Below are positions 47,352 through 56,818 of a stretch of 64,000 nucleotides of DNA, piece after piece; the first letter of the stretch is position 1, and every line of letters starts with the position of its first letter. Source of the DNA: Solirubrobacterales bacterium (GTDB lineage: Bacteria; Actinomycetota; Thermoleophilia; Solirubrobacterales; JACPNS01); contig JASGFX010000008.1 in assembly GCA_047605325.1 (NCBI GenBank), positions 6,100-70,099 on the forward strand, written 5' to 3'. Under the pieces are notes generated by a model. The model did no database searches, was not told the origin of the DNA, and worked only from the letters and a program-made list of their open reading frames with translations. The translations under genes were made by a program, and so were the position numbers.

Positions 47352-49291
47352 TTCTTGAACGGCGGGGTGGCCTTGAACTCGCGGGCCACGACCTCTTCAG
47401 CCGGCTTGGCCGTGCCGTCGGCCTCGAACAGGCCCTTGCGCGAGAACGGCGGCGTCGGATCGGGGTTGCCGCCGGTCCACTGCGGGCGCACCCAGTAGTC
47501 GCGCAGCGCCCACGCAAACAGTCCGTTGAGATACGGGATGCCGCGCAGAATGCTGAGTTGCGCGGTGAAGAAGTTGGTCTGGAACTCGTAGGTGCCGAAC
47601 TCGTCGGCGCTGCCGTGTCGGTTGGCCTCGGCGCCGAACTCGGTGATGAACAGCGCCTGCTTCGCGTAGATGCGGTGCAGGTAGGCGATGTAGGGCGCCA
47701 TGTCGCTCATGCTCATCGTCGTGCCGAACTGGCCGGGGTACCAGCCGAAGTACTCATTGAGCCCGAGAATGTCAACGCGGCGATAGGCGGGCTGTTGCTT
47801 TGAGTCGGTTGGCGAGGCGGCGTAGTCGGCGCTGGTGAGGCCCTGTGGGTCGAGCGCCTTGGCGGCCTTGACCTGCGCGCTCGTCATCAGGTCGAGGTAC
47901 TTGGTGTCCGACGGGACGGCTTCGTTCGAGAGGCTCCAGGTCAGGACAGAGGCGTAGCCGCGATAGCGCTGGACGATCTCCTTGGTGTACTTGACGACGG
48001 TCCTGCGGTAGGTCGCCGAGCGCAACTGGGTGTTGCGCGGGCGGAACGCCGGCACCTGCTCCCAGACGAACACGCCGTGGGCGTCGGCCCACTCCATCTG
48101 CTGCGGCGCGACGGGATAGTGGGTTCGGATCATGTTCACGCCGAGTTTGAGGAACAGCTGGTTGTTCTCTTCGCGCTGAGTCGGTGTCCAGGCCGCGCCG
48201 GTGGAGGTGCTCGACTCGTGGAAGCTGACGCCGCGCAACTGGACCGGCAGTCCATTGAGCGAGAGGATCCCCTTGCTCGAAACCGCGAGCTTGCGAATGC
48301 CGGCTTTGGAGCTCCAGGTCACGCCGGGCGCGCTGACCTTCACCTTGTAGAGATTGGCCGCGAGCGGCGACCAGAGCTTCGGCTTCTTCACGGTTGCGGT
48401 ACCGACGAGCTGAGCCGATGCGCCCTTCTTCAGAAGGGTGCGGCGAAACTTGATTTTCGCGCTGCCGTATCTGCCGGTCAGTTTGAGGCGAGCCTTCTTG
48501 CCGTAGTTTCGAACCTTCGCGAGCACGGTGATGCGGGCGGAGCCCTTCGCCTTGCCCTTGGAGGCTGTGAAGTACGACCGCGTATCCACCGACGAGACGT
48601 CGAACTTGCCGACTCGGCGCAGCACGACCTCGCGGAGCATCCCGCCGAAGTTCCACCAGCCGCCGGTCAGCTGGTCGCTGCGTTCCTCGACCGACGGGAC
48701 CGAGCTTTCGGTCAACTTGCTGTCGGTACGGACGATCAGCGTGTTCGTTCCGGCCCTGAGCTTGCTCGCCTGAATCTCGAAAGGGATGTAACCGCCGGTG
48801 TGCGTGCCGATCAGGCGGCCGTTCAGATAGATCCGCGCGCGCAGGTTGACCCCGTTGAACTGGAGGATCCAGTTTGAACCGCTCGGCGCCGACGGTCGCT
48901 TGAACTGCGTCGCATACCAAGCGGTGTAGCCGGTGTAGGAGGCCTCGGAGGCGTCGCCGGCGTTGAAGGCGTTGGGGATGCTGACCTTCTGCCAAGAGGC
49001 GAAGTTGGTCGTCGCCTGCCAGTTGAACTTCAGGCCCAGGTTCGTGAGATCGCGCTTGAGATACCACGATCCGCCGAGCGTGTAGCGCCCGCTCTGGCCG
49101 TAGCTGAAGGCGCCGCCTTTGCTCGGTGTTTCGGCCGCGCTGCTCGTCGCAGGGGCGATCAGCGCCGCCGCGGCGGACACGACAACGGCCGCTAGAGCGG
49201 CCGTGCGAGAGATTTGAGTGCGGCGAATGCGGAGCACCACTGGCAACAAACCATATTGAGCGCGGATGTTGCGTTGCCGGACGGCGTTCAT
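47348..49291 (-). CDS. Secreted glycoside hydrolase family 2 protein
   Basis: Signal peptide, a sugar-binding domain (YLNGRLIGTHTGGYIPFEI) and a TIM-barrel region (NMIRTHYPVAPQQMEWADAHGVFVWEQ, WSLSNE). Confidence 0.8.
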   Translation of the reverse strand: MNAVRQRNIRAQYGLLPVVLRIRRTQISRTAALAAVVVSAAAALIAPATSSAAETPSKGGAFSYGQSGRYTLGGSWYLKRDLTNLGLKFNWQATTNFASWQKVSIPNAFNAGDASEASYTGYTAWYATQFKRPSAPSGSNWILQFNGVNLRARIYLNGRLIGTHTGGYIPFEIQASKLRAGTNTLIVRTDSKLTESSVPSVEERSDQLTGGWWNFGGMLREVVLRRVGKFDVSSVDTRSYFTASKGKAKGSARITVLAKVRNYGKKARLKLTGRYGSAKIKFRRTLLKKGASAQLVGTATVKKPKLWSPLAANLYKVKVSAPGVTWSSKAGIRKLAVSSKGILSLNGLPVQLRGVSFHESSTSTGAAWTPTQREENNQLFLKLGVNMIRTHYPVAPQQMEWADAHGVFVWEQVPAFRPRNTQLRSATYRRTVVKYTKEIVQRYRGYASVLTWSLSNEAVPSDTKYLDLMTSAQVKAAKALDPQGLTSADYAASPTDSKQQPAYRRVDILGLNEYFGWYPGQFGTTMSMSDMAPYIAYLHRIYAKQALFITEFGAEANRHGSADEFGTYEFQTNFFTAQLSILRGIPYLNGLFAWALRDYWVRPQWTGGNPDPTPPFSRKGLFEADGTAKPAEEVVAREFKATPPFKN

Positions 49292-49306
49292 CGAGGAACG
49301 GCACGG

Positions 49307-50686
49307 ATGACCGCAATTCTGCGTAGAGTGGCCGGAATGGTTGCGCGCTCCGCCGACACTGTGTCCGCCGCCGATCGCTCGGCGGATCAGATCCGCGCTC
49401 TGGCGGACGCTCGCGACCGCACTCTCGCGCTGGTGGCAGGGCTTTCAGATGACGACCTGGCGCGCGTCGTCGATCCGTTGCTCTCGCCGCTGCTCTGGGA
49501 TCTCGGTCACATCGCGAACTTCGAGCAGCGCTGGCTGCTGGGTGAGGATGACGGCGATCTCGACGGCATCTACAACCCATTCGACCACCCGCGCGCCGAG
49601 CGCGGCGGGTTGCCGGTCCTGAACGGCGACCAGTGCTTCACCTACATGGGTGCGGTGCGCGAGCGCGTGTTGGCGCGTGAGAGCGAATTCGATCCCGTGC
49701 TGCTCGAGCTCGTGATCCAGCACGAGCAGCAGCACAACGAGACGATCCTCCAACTGCTGCGGCAGATGGACGGATACGTGCCTCCGCCGGCACTGCGCGC
49801 CGACTTCACGCCGCCGCCGTCCTCGGCCCAGCACATCAGGTTGCGTGAAGCTGCCTCGCGTGCGTATCGCCCGGTCTCACGCGACAAGGACTGGATCGGA
49901 TTTCCGGCCGGCGAGTACGCGATCGGCAGCGCCGCCGGAGAGAAGACGCTCGTGTACGACAACGAGATCGAGCGCCACACCGTGCCGCTGGGCGAGTTCG
50001 AGATCGCCGCGCGTCCCGTCACCGCTGGCGACTTCGCCGAGTGGATTGATCTGGGCGGGTATGAGCGCCCGGAATGGTGGTCGCGTGAGGGCTGGTACTG
50101 GCTGCGCGAGCAGGGCGAAGATTTCACGCGCGCGCCGCTCGGTTGGCGGGCCGCGGGCGACCTGTGGCTGACCAGTGACTTCGGTGAGGAGCGCGAGGTC
50201 GAGATGGAGGCCCCCGTCTGCCATGTGAACTGGTTCGAGGCCGACGCCTATGCGCGCGCCCACGCCGCGCGACTGCCGACCGAATTCGAATGGGAGGTCG
50301 CTGCTTCGTGTGATCCACGTGCCGGAGCGAGCGGACCGAGCCGGCTGCACTCCTGGGGTGATCACGGCTGGTCTCCCGGTGCCGCGAACCTCGACCAGCT
50401 TGCCTTCGGGGTGCTTCGGGTCGGCGCGGCTGACCACGGCTTCGGACCGATCGACATGAATGGGCAGGTCTGGGAGTGGACTTCGTCGGAGTTCGGCGCA
50501 TACCCCGGATTCACGCCGTTCGCCTACAAGGACTACTCGGCGCCGTTCTTCGATCAGGGCTACCGCGTGCTGCGCGGCGGCTCCTGGGCGACTCGCGCGC
50601 GCAGCGTCGACAATCGTTTTCGTAACTGGGATCACCCTGAGCGCCGGCAGATTTTTTCCGGCCTGCGGCTTGCGCGCAGCCTCTAG
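49307..50686 (+). CDS. egtB: Ergothioneine biosynthesis sulfoxide synthase EgtB (DinB_2 plus FGE-sulfatase domains)
   Basis: PLLWDLGHIANFEQRWLL, QHEQQHNETILQ, the C-terminal RVLRGGSWAT motif, and position directly upstream of egtD. I chose the ATG at 49307; the ORF track starts at 49214, overlapping the divergent GH2 gene. Confidence 0.8.
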   Translation: MTAILRRVAGMVARSADTVSAADRSADQIRALADARDRTLALVAGLSDDDLARVVDPLLSPLLWDLGHIANFEQRWLLGEDDGDLDGIYNPFDHPRAERGGLPVLNGDQCFTYMGAVRERVLARESEFDPVLLELVIQHEQQHNETILQLLRQMDGYVPPPALRADFTPPPSSAQHIRLREAASRAYRPVSRDKDWIGFPAGEYAIGSAAGEKTLVYDNEIERHTVPLGEFEIAARPVTAGDFAEWIDLGGYERPEWWSREGWYWLREQGEDFTRAPLGWRAAGDLWLTSDFGEEREVEMEAPVCHVNWFEADAYARAHAARLPTEFEWEVAASCDPRAGASGPSRLHSWGDHGWSPGAANLDQLAFGVLRVGAADHGFGPIDMNGQVWEWTSSEFGAYPGFTPFAYKDYSAPFFDQGYRVLRGGSWATRARSVDNRFRNWDHPERRQIFSGLRLARSL

Positions 50687-50707
50687 CGGGAAAGATCCAG
50701 AATCGTG

Positions 50708-51727
50708 ATGAACTCCGTGCAGCAACTCGCCGAACTCGAATTCGCCGCCGTCCGCCCGGACGTGCGACTCGACATCTACCGCGGTGAAGAGTGGATCACC
50801 TCGTTCGCCAACGACGTCGGCGACGGTCTCACGGCCGATCCGCCCGCGCTGCATCCGAAATACTTTTATGACGCAGCCGGCTCGGAGCTGTTCGATCGCA
50901 TCTGCGAGCTGCCCGAGTACTACCCGACACGCACCGAGCGATCGATCCTTGAAGCGCGCGGCGCCGACATCGTCGATACGGCGGCGGCCGGCGCGCTGGT
51001 CGAGCTCGGGTCGGGGTCGTCGCTCAAGACCGAGCATCTGCTGCGCCCGTTGCTCGCAAGTCTCGGCGAGGCACTTTACGTGCCGATCGATTTCTCCGAG
51101 GTCGCCGTGCGTGAGGCGTCCGTGCGGCTGATCACCGACTATCCCGGGCTGCGTGTGCACGGCGTGATCGGTGATTTCGAGAAGCACCTCGGCGGTCTGC
51201 CCGAGGCCGACGCGCGCCTGATCGCCTTCCTCGGAGGCACGATCGGAAACTTCACTCCCGACCGTATGCGCTTCTTTCTGCGCCGCCTCGAGCTGCTGAT
51301 GGGCCCGAGCGACACGTTGCTGATCGGCATGGACCTCGTCAAGGACCGCGACGAGCTGGAGGCTGCATACAACGACAGCGCCGGCGTCACCGCCGAGTTC
51401 AACAAGAACGTCCTCGCGTCGATCAATCGCAATCTCAGCGGCGACTTCGACCTCTCCGCCTGGGAGCACGTCGCCTTTTTCGACGAGCAGAACTCGTGGA
51501 TCGAGATGCGTCTGCGCGCGCTGCGCGATCAGGTAGTGCGCGTCGGCGCGATTGATCTGACGGTCGGCTTCCAGGCGGGCGACGAGATCCGCACGGAGAT
51601 CTCACGCAAGTTCACGCGCGAACGCTTCGTCGCCGACGCCGAGGATTCCGGCTTTCAACTGCGCGAGTGGTACACCGACGAACGTGAGCGCTTTGCGCTC
51701 GCGCTGCTTGCGCCGGCCGGCGCCTGA
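50708..51727 (+). CDS. egtD: L-histidine N-alpha-methyltransferase EgtD
   Basis: KYFYDAAGSELFDRICELPEYYPTRTERSIL...LVELGSGSSLKT...FLGGTIGNF. Confidence 0.85.
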   Translation: MNSVQQLAELEFAAVRPDVRLDIYRGEEWITSFANDVGDGLTADPPALHPKYFYDAAGSELFDRICELPEYYPTRTERSILEARGADIVDTAAAGALVELGSGSSLKTEHLLRPLLASLGEALYVPIDFSEVAVREASVRLITDYPGLRVHGVIGDFEKHLGGLPEADARLIAFLGGTIGNFTPDRMRFFLRRLELLMGPSDTLLIGMDLVKDRDELEAAYNDSAGVTAEFNKNVLASINRNLSGDFDLSAWEHVAFFDEQNSWIEMRLRALRDQVVRVGAIDLTVGFQAGDEIRTEISRKFTRERFVADAEDSGFQLREWYTDERERFALALLAPAGA

Positions 51728-51730
51728 GCG

Positions 51731-52327
51731 CTACTTCGCGTCTTCGTAGCCGGGATCGCCCGGCAGCAGGATCTCGAAGCCCTCTTCTCCGGCCGCGACG
51801 CGGGGGAGGATCGTGACGATCTCCTGACCTCTGTGGGCCTCGATCGCGGACTCGGCCGTCTCGAACTCGGCGATCTTCTCGACCTGCTTGATCGTCGGGA
51901 AGTGGAGGTCGGCTTCGTCGGTCACGAATAGGTGGAGCGCCTTGGCCGGTGTCCACCACTCGGCGCGGTCGACCTCGCGACGGTCGGGCGCGGGTTCGGC
52001 GCCGTCGGGGCAGGTCGCGAGGTAGAAGCGCGTGTCGAAGCGCATCGGCGCGAGCTCCGGCGTGATCCAGCGCGAGAACGGAATGAGTTCGGCCGGTTCG
52101 GACAGGCGGATTCGCGCCTCTTCGTAGGTCTCGCGCGCGCCGGCGTTCTTCCAGGCGATGTCATCTTCCGGGTCGCCGTCGATCGGCAGCAGCGTGCCGC
52201 CGGGAAAGACCCAGGCGCCGCCCATGAACTTGAGCTCCGGCGAGCGTCGCACGAACAGCAATTCGACGCCGTCCGCGCCGTTGCGCAGGACGAGCACCGA
52301 GGAGGCCTGGCGCGGCTCGACGCCCAT
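51731..52327 (-). CDS. NUDIX hydrolase
   Basis: Nudix-box-like segment GGTLLP...ARETYEEARI. TGATG overlap with the bioA stop. Confidence 0.7.
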   Translation of the reverse strand: MGVEPRQASSVLVLRNGADGVELLFVRRSPELKFMGGAWVFPGGTLLPIDGDPEDDIAWKNAGARETYEEARIRLSEPAELIPFSRWITPELAPMRFDTRFYLATCPDGAEPAPDRREVDRAEWWTPAKALHLFVTDEADLHFPTIKQVEKIAEFETAESAIEAHRGQEIVTILPRVAAGEEGFEILLPGDPGYEDAK

Positions 52328-53652
52328 CAGACGAAGATCTTTCCTCTTGAGACGATCGGCTCCTGGCGCGATGCGGCGTCGGCCGAGACCTCGGCGATCG
52401 CTTCGCCGGTGATGTCGACGAGGCGTCTGAGTTGCTTGGAATCGATTGCGAGCGGCGGCATGAGGACGACAGTGTCACCGAGCGGTCGGATGATCGCTCC
52501 GCGACGTCTGGCGGCGAGTGTGACCTGGTGACCTGAACGCGCCTCGACCGGGAAGCCCTCGAGTTCGATCCCGATCATCAGTCCTCGGCGCCGGACCTCC
52601 TTGACGCGCGGAAGCTCGGCGATCGGGGCGAGCAGCTCGCCGGCGAGGACCGAGAGATCTGCGACGTGGTCGAGCGTCTCCTCGGCCTCGAAGACATCCA
52701 GCGTCGCCAGGGCGGCGGCACAGGCGAGCGGGTTGCCGGTGTAGGTGTGGCCGTGGAAGAAGGTCTTGAACTCGTCGTGGCGGCCGAGGAAACTGGTGTA
52801 GATGTCTTCGCTGGCCAGTGTCGCGGCGAGCGGCAGATAACCGCCGGTGATGCCCTTGGCGAGGCAGAGAATGTCGGGCTCGACGGCCTCCTGCTGGCAG
52901 GCGAACATCGTGCCGGTGCGGCCGAAGCCGGTCGCCACCTCGTCGAGGATCAGCAGCACGTCGTGTGCGTCGCAGAGTTCGCGCACGCGGCGCAGATAGC
53001 CGGAAGGGTGCACGATGATTCCGGCCGCGCCCTGGACGAGCGGCTCCATCATCACGGCGGCAAGCTCCGCGCCGTGCTGCTCGAAGACTTTCTCGAGTTC
53101 CTCGATGTCGCCGGGCGTGGTCTTGAGCGTTTCGAACAGCAGCGGGCGGTAGGTCTCGTGGAAGAGGTCGATGCCTCCGGCCGAGACCGCCCCGATCGTG
53201 TCGCCGTGGTAGGCCTCGTGCATCGTCAGGAACTTTGTCCGCTCGGGTGAGCCCGACTGCTGGTGGTGCTGGAAGGCGATCTTCAGCGCGATCTCGGTCG
53301 CGGTCGATCCGGAGTCGGAGTAGAAGACCCGGGTCAGGCGCTCGGGCGCGAGTTCGACGAGTCGCTGCGCGAGTGTGATGGCCGGCTCGTGCGAGAGGCC
53401 CAGCATCGTGCTGTGGGCGACGCGGCCGAGCTGGTCCTTGATCGCCTTGTCGATCGTCGGGTGCTGGTGGCCGTGGACGTTGCACCAGAGCGAAGAGACG
53501 CCGTCGATGTAGTTGCGTCCCTCGACGTCGGTGAGAATGCAGCCCTTGCCCGACTCGATGATCGGCGCATCCTCGGCGATCCAGCCCTGCTGCTGCGTGA
53601 ACGGGTGCCAGACGTACCGCCGGTCCAGCTGAGCCAGGTCTTCCGCAGACAT
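52327..53652 (-). CDS. bioA: Adenosylmethionine-8-amino-7-oxononanoate aminotransferase BioA
   Basis: YVWHPFTQ, class-III aminotransferase core (YHGDT, DEVATGFGRTG, LCLAKGITGGYLP). I chose the ATG at 53652 (MSAEDL). Confidence 0.9.
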   Translation of the reverse strand: MSAEDLAQLDRRYVWHPFTQQQGWIAEDAPIIESGKGCILTDVEGRNYIDGVSSLWCNVHGHQHPTIDKAIKDQLGRVAHSTMLGLSHEPAITLAQRLVELAPERLTRVFYSDSGSTATEIALKIAFQHHQQSGSPERTKFLTMHEAYHGDTIGAVSAGGIDLFHETYRPLLFETLKTTPGDIEELEKVFEQHGAELAAVMMEPLVQGAAGIIVHPSGYLRRVRELCDAHDVLLILDEVATGFGRTGTMFACQQEAVEPDILCLAKGITGGYLPLAATLASEDIYTSFLGRHDEFKTFFHGHTYTGNPLACAAALATLDVFEAEETLDHVADLSVLAGELLAPIAELPRVKEVRRRGLMIGIELEGFPVEARSGHQVTLAARRRGAIIRPLGDTVVLMPPLAIDSKQLRRLVDITGEAIAEVSADAASRQEPIVSRGKIFV

Positions 53653-53670
53653 GGCGCAGATCCTAGGCAA

Positions 53671-54363
53671 TCAGGCGCGTGCGCGCAGCCAGCGTTCGGC
53701 CGGCAGACCCTTGGCGTCCTCGGCCAGGCGGTCGGGCGCGGTGACGGGCAGCGTGGCGACATCGACGCCCAGCAGGCGGGCGAGCGTGTCGAGGTTCGAG
53801 CGTTCGATCTCGTTCGGCTCGGCGGGCCACCCGGAGATCACCACGGCTGCGACTGCAAGCCCTTCCTGATCGAGTCGATCGACGGTGAGGCGGGTGTCGC
53901 TGATCGTGCCGAGGCCGGGGTGGGTCGCGACCACGACGGGCAGTGCGATCGCCTTGACGAAGTCGAGGACGGAGAGGTCGGGATCATCCGAGAGCGGCAC
54001 GAGCAGGCCGCCGACGCCTTCGACGATCGCCGCGTCGGTGCCCTCGGTGGCAGCGCTGTAGGCGGTGATCAGCTGGTCGAGCGTGATCGTCGTGCCGATC
54101 TGTGCGGCGGCGAGATGCGGCGAGACCGGCGGGCCGAAGGTGTGCGGCGTGACCTGCTCGGGAGCCTGCCAGCCGGTCGCCTGAGCGAGCAGCTCATGAT
54201 CCATCGGCCAGCCGGGGGTCGGCTCATCGAGCCCGCTGACGGCTGGCTTGAAGGCGGCGACTCTGTGGCCCTTGGCGGTGAGCGAGGCGGCGATCGCCGC
54301 TGCGACCACGGATTTGCCGACGCCCGTGCCGGTGCCGGTGATGAAGAGACCCTTGCTTGCCAT
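53671..54363 (-). CDS. bioD: Dethiobiotin synthase BioD
   Basis: MASKGLFITGTGTGVGKSVVAAAI P-loop with bioA downstream. The ORF track extends to 54450 across the hairpin element. Confidence 0.85.
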   Translation of the reverse strand: MASKGLFITGTGTGVGKSVVAAAIAASLTAKGHRVAAFKPAVSGLDEPTPGWPMDHELLAQATGWQAPEQVTPHTFGPPVSPHLAAAQIGTTITLDQLITAYSAATEGTDAAIVEGVGGLLVPLSDDPDLSVLDFVKAIALPVVVATHPGLGTISDTRLTVDRLDQEGLAVAAVVISGWPAEPNEIERSNLDTLARLLGVDVATLPVTAPDRLAEDAKGLPAERWLRARA

Positions 54364-54403
54364 CGGCGGCACGCTAGCCGGGCGACCCGCGCAGCCAAGC
54401 CAA

Positions 54404-54448
54404 GTTCTTGGACAAACCTGTCCCTGAGGGAGAGGTTTGTCCAAGAAC
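54404..54448. repeat. Palindromic repeat element, copy C, in the bioF-bioD spacer
   Basis: GTTCTTGGACAAACCTgtccc-tga-gggagAGGTTTGTCCAAGAAC. The inner loop region resembles copy A. The right flank reads CCGTAGATAAGCGG on the opposite strand (compare CGTAGGCAAGCGG in A). Confidence 0.8.
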
Positions 54449-54589
54449 ACCGCTTATCTACGGGGCGCCCAAACTCATGAGCTTCGAACGAGCCTCGGGG
54501 ACCAACCCACCCATCACCGCCAGCGGCGAAGCCGCCCGCACTCAACAACCATCAGCCCGAGACCGACCGCCACTACGGCAGTCAACCGA

Positions 54590-55864
54590 TCAGGCGACGG
54601 CCAGCCCTTCGGCACCTTCGTCGTAGATCCGGCTCGCCGGCCCCGCCGCGCGCGGCGGACCGAACTCGCCGGGCATCTGGTGTCCGGGTTCGAAGCCCAC
54701 GGCGATCGCGGCCTTCTGGAGAACCTTGGCTGCGGCGGTCAGCTCGTCGGGCTTGTGTGACGCCATCACCGCGCAGCGGATGCGGCTCATGCCGTCCGGC
54801 ACGGTCGGCGGGCGGATCGCCTGCGCGAAGACGCCGCGCTCGAGAGCCTCGGTGGACATCTTCATCGCCAGCTCGGGCTCGCCGATCACCAGCGGGACGA
54901 TGTGGGCGGCGGCCGGATCGCGGCGCTCGGTCTCGACGTCGAAGCCGCGGCGCGAGAGCTCACGGCGGAAGAATTCTGCGTTCTGGCGCAGGCGGGTGAC
55001 GCGACGAGGCTGCTCGGAGAGGATGTCGAGCGCTTCGGCAGCCGCGGCGACGACCGGCGGTGCCGGCGCGGTGCTGTAGATGAAGCTGCGGGCGGAGTTC
55101 ACGAGGTAGCGGGCCATCTGCGTGTCGCAGGCGGCGAATGCTCCGTAGGCTCCCAGCGCTTTGCTCAACGTGCCGACGATGACGTCGACCTCGCCGGTGA
55201 GGCCGAGCGCGGCGACCGCACCGCGGCCCTCTGGACCGACGCAGCCGGTGCCGTGGGCCTCGTCGACCATCACCCGCACGTCGTGGCTGTTGGCGAGCTG
55301 GACGATTCCCTCAAGCGGTGCGATGTCGCCATCCATCGAGAAGACCGAGTCGGTCACGATCAGACTCGCGCGGCCACGTGCCTGGCGCAGACCCCAGGCG
55401 AGGTGCTCGAGGTCGCCGTGGTCATAAATGAAGGTCTCGGCGCGCGAGAGGCGGCAGCCGTCGACGATCGAGGCATGGTTGAGCTCGTCGGAGAAGATCA
55501 CCTCGCCCTCCTGGGAGAGCGCGGGGATGATGCCGGCGTTTGCCATGTAGCCGCTGCCGAAGAGCAGGGCCGCCTCGGTGCCCTTGAATTCGGCGAGTTG
55601 CGACTCGAGGCGCCGGTGGACGGTCATGTTTCCGCTGATCAACCGCGATCCAGAGGAGCCCACGCCCCAGCGACGAGCGGCATCAGCGGACGCCTCACGA
55701 ACCCGGGGGTGATCCGCAAGACCGAGATAGTTGTTCGAGCACATCACGAGGACGGGCTTTCCGTCGAGCAGGACGCGCGCGCCCTGCGGCCCGGAAATCA
55801 GGCGCATGCGGCGGTAGAGGCCCTGGTCCTCGAGCGCGCTCAGATGCTGTTCGAGATCGGTCAT
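54590..55864 (-). CDS. bioF: 8-amino-7-oxononanoate synthase BioF (with low-complexity C-terminal extension)
   Basis: NNYLGLADHPRV, DEAHGTG and GTLSKALG (PLP lysine). The roughly 35-40 C-terminal residues (GHQMPGEFGPPRAAGPASRIYDEGAEGLAVA) look non-conserved. Confidence 0.85.
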   Translation of the reverse strand: MTDLEQHLSALEDQGLYRRMRLISGPQGARVLLDGKPVLVMCSNNYLGLADHPRVREASADAARRWGVGSSGSRLISGNMTVHRRLESQLAEFKGTEAALLFGSGYMANAGIIPALSQEGEVIFSDELNHASIVDGCRLSRAETFIYDHGDLEHLAWGLRQARGRASLIVTDSVFSMDGDIAPLEGIVQLANSHDVRVMVDEAHGTGCVGPEGRGAVAALGLTGEVDVIVGTLSKALGAYGAFAACDTQMARYLVNSARSFIYSTAPAPPVVAAAAEALDILSEQPRRVTRLRQNAEFFRRELSRRGFDVETERRDPAAAHIVPLVIGEPELAMKMSTEALERGVFAQAIRPPTVPDGMSRIRCAVMASHKPDELTAAAKVLQKAAIAVGFEPGHQMPGEFGPPRAAGPASRIYDEGAEGLAVA

Positions 55865-55972
55865 TGATGAGTCCCCGCTCCGGTGACCTCCGAGGCCCCC
55901 AGATGAGGCATAACTTAGGCGGTCCGCCGGACGCCAATCCCGCTTGTCAAGCGGAATCGAGTGACTTCGGTG

Positions 55973-56794
55973 TCAGGTGCCCGTCCACTCGGGCGGACGT
56001 TTCTCGCCGAATGCGCGGACGCCCTCGTGAAAGTCGTTCGAGAGGAAGCACGCGCGGCGGAGCTCGACGAGCTCTTCGCGGACCGTCGGGTCGATCGGCG
56101 CGTGGGCGAGAAGCGTGTTGATCACGCGCTTGTTGCCCTCGAGCGAGAGTGGTGCGTTGGCGGCGATCGATTCGGCCATCACGATCGAATCCGGGCCGAT
56201 CGCCTCCGCTTGACGGACGTAGTTGACCAGACCCCACTTGAGTGCTCGGTCGGCGCTGATGTTCTGCGCCGTGAAGAACAGCTCGCGAGTTCGCGCGGGG
56301 CCGATCGTCTGGATGAACTTGTCGAGACCGTCATAGCTGTAGACAAGGCCGAGCTTTGCCGGGGGCATCCCCAGCTTGGCCCCCTCGGCGACGATACGGA
56401 TGTCGGTCGAGAGCGCGAGCTCGAGCCCGCCGCCGATCGTGTGCCCGTTGAGCGCGCCGATCGTGGGGAAGGGGAAGTCGGTGACCGCCTCGATCGCTTC
56501 AGTGAAGGGATGCGCCACGAGCTTCTCTGCTTCTTCAGCGAAGCGGTCATCGGGCAGCCCACCGATGTCGTATCCGGCCGAAAAGACGCTGCCGCTTCCG
56601 GTGATGATCAGGCAGCGGGCCTCGATCTCAGGGACGGTCTGCGCGATCGCATCGAGGATCTCCTGGTCGAGCGCTCCGCGCTTGTCCGGATTTGCGATTC
56701 GCAGACGCGCGACATGCGGCGCGGGTTCGTCGTAGACCAGCTTTCCGCTGGCCAGCTGCTTCTCGTTGATCGCCTCGGGCAGGTCGTTGGACAT
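55973..56794 (-). CDS. Enoyl-CoA hydratase/isomerase (crotonase) family protein
   Basis: FSAGYDIGG...ALNGHTIGGGLELALSTDIRIV. Confidence 0.85.
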   Translation of the reverse strand: MSNDLPEAINEKQLASGKLVYDEPAPHVARLRIANPDKRGALDQEILDAIAQTVPEIEARCLIITGSGSVFSAGYDIGGLPDDRFAEEAEKLVAHPFTEAIEAVTDFPFPTIGALNGHTIGGGLELALSTDIRIVAEGAKLGMPPAKLGLVYSYDGLDKFIQTIGPARTRELFFTAQNISADRALKWGLVNYVRQAEAIGPDSIVMAESIAANAPLSLEGNKRVINTLLAHAPIDPTVREELVELRRACFLSNDFHEGVRAFGEKRPPEWTGT

Positions 56795-56818
56795 GACCCG
56801 AGAGTAGTTCGCCTTGCG

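Noticed and set aside
54461-54473. CGGGGCGCCCAAA next to repeat copy C (and TTGGGGCGCCCC in copy D) resembling the 3' acceptor end of tRNA-Pro (CGGGGCGCCCAGA). I considered this a hint that the repeat elements are tRNA-att derived.
   Set aside because: The match is only about 11 nt of GC-rich sequence and does not extend into the T-arm. Given the base composition and the number of comparisons I made, it is within chance expectation.
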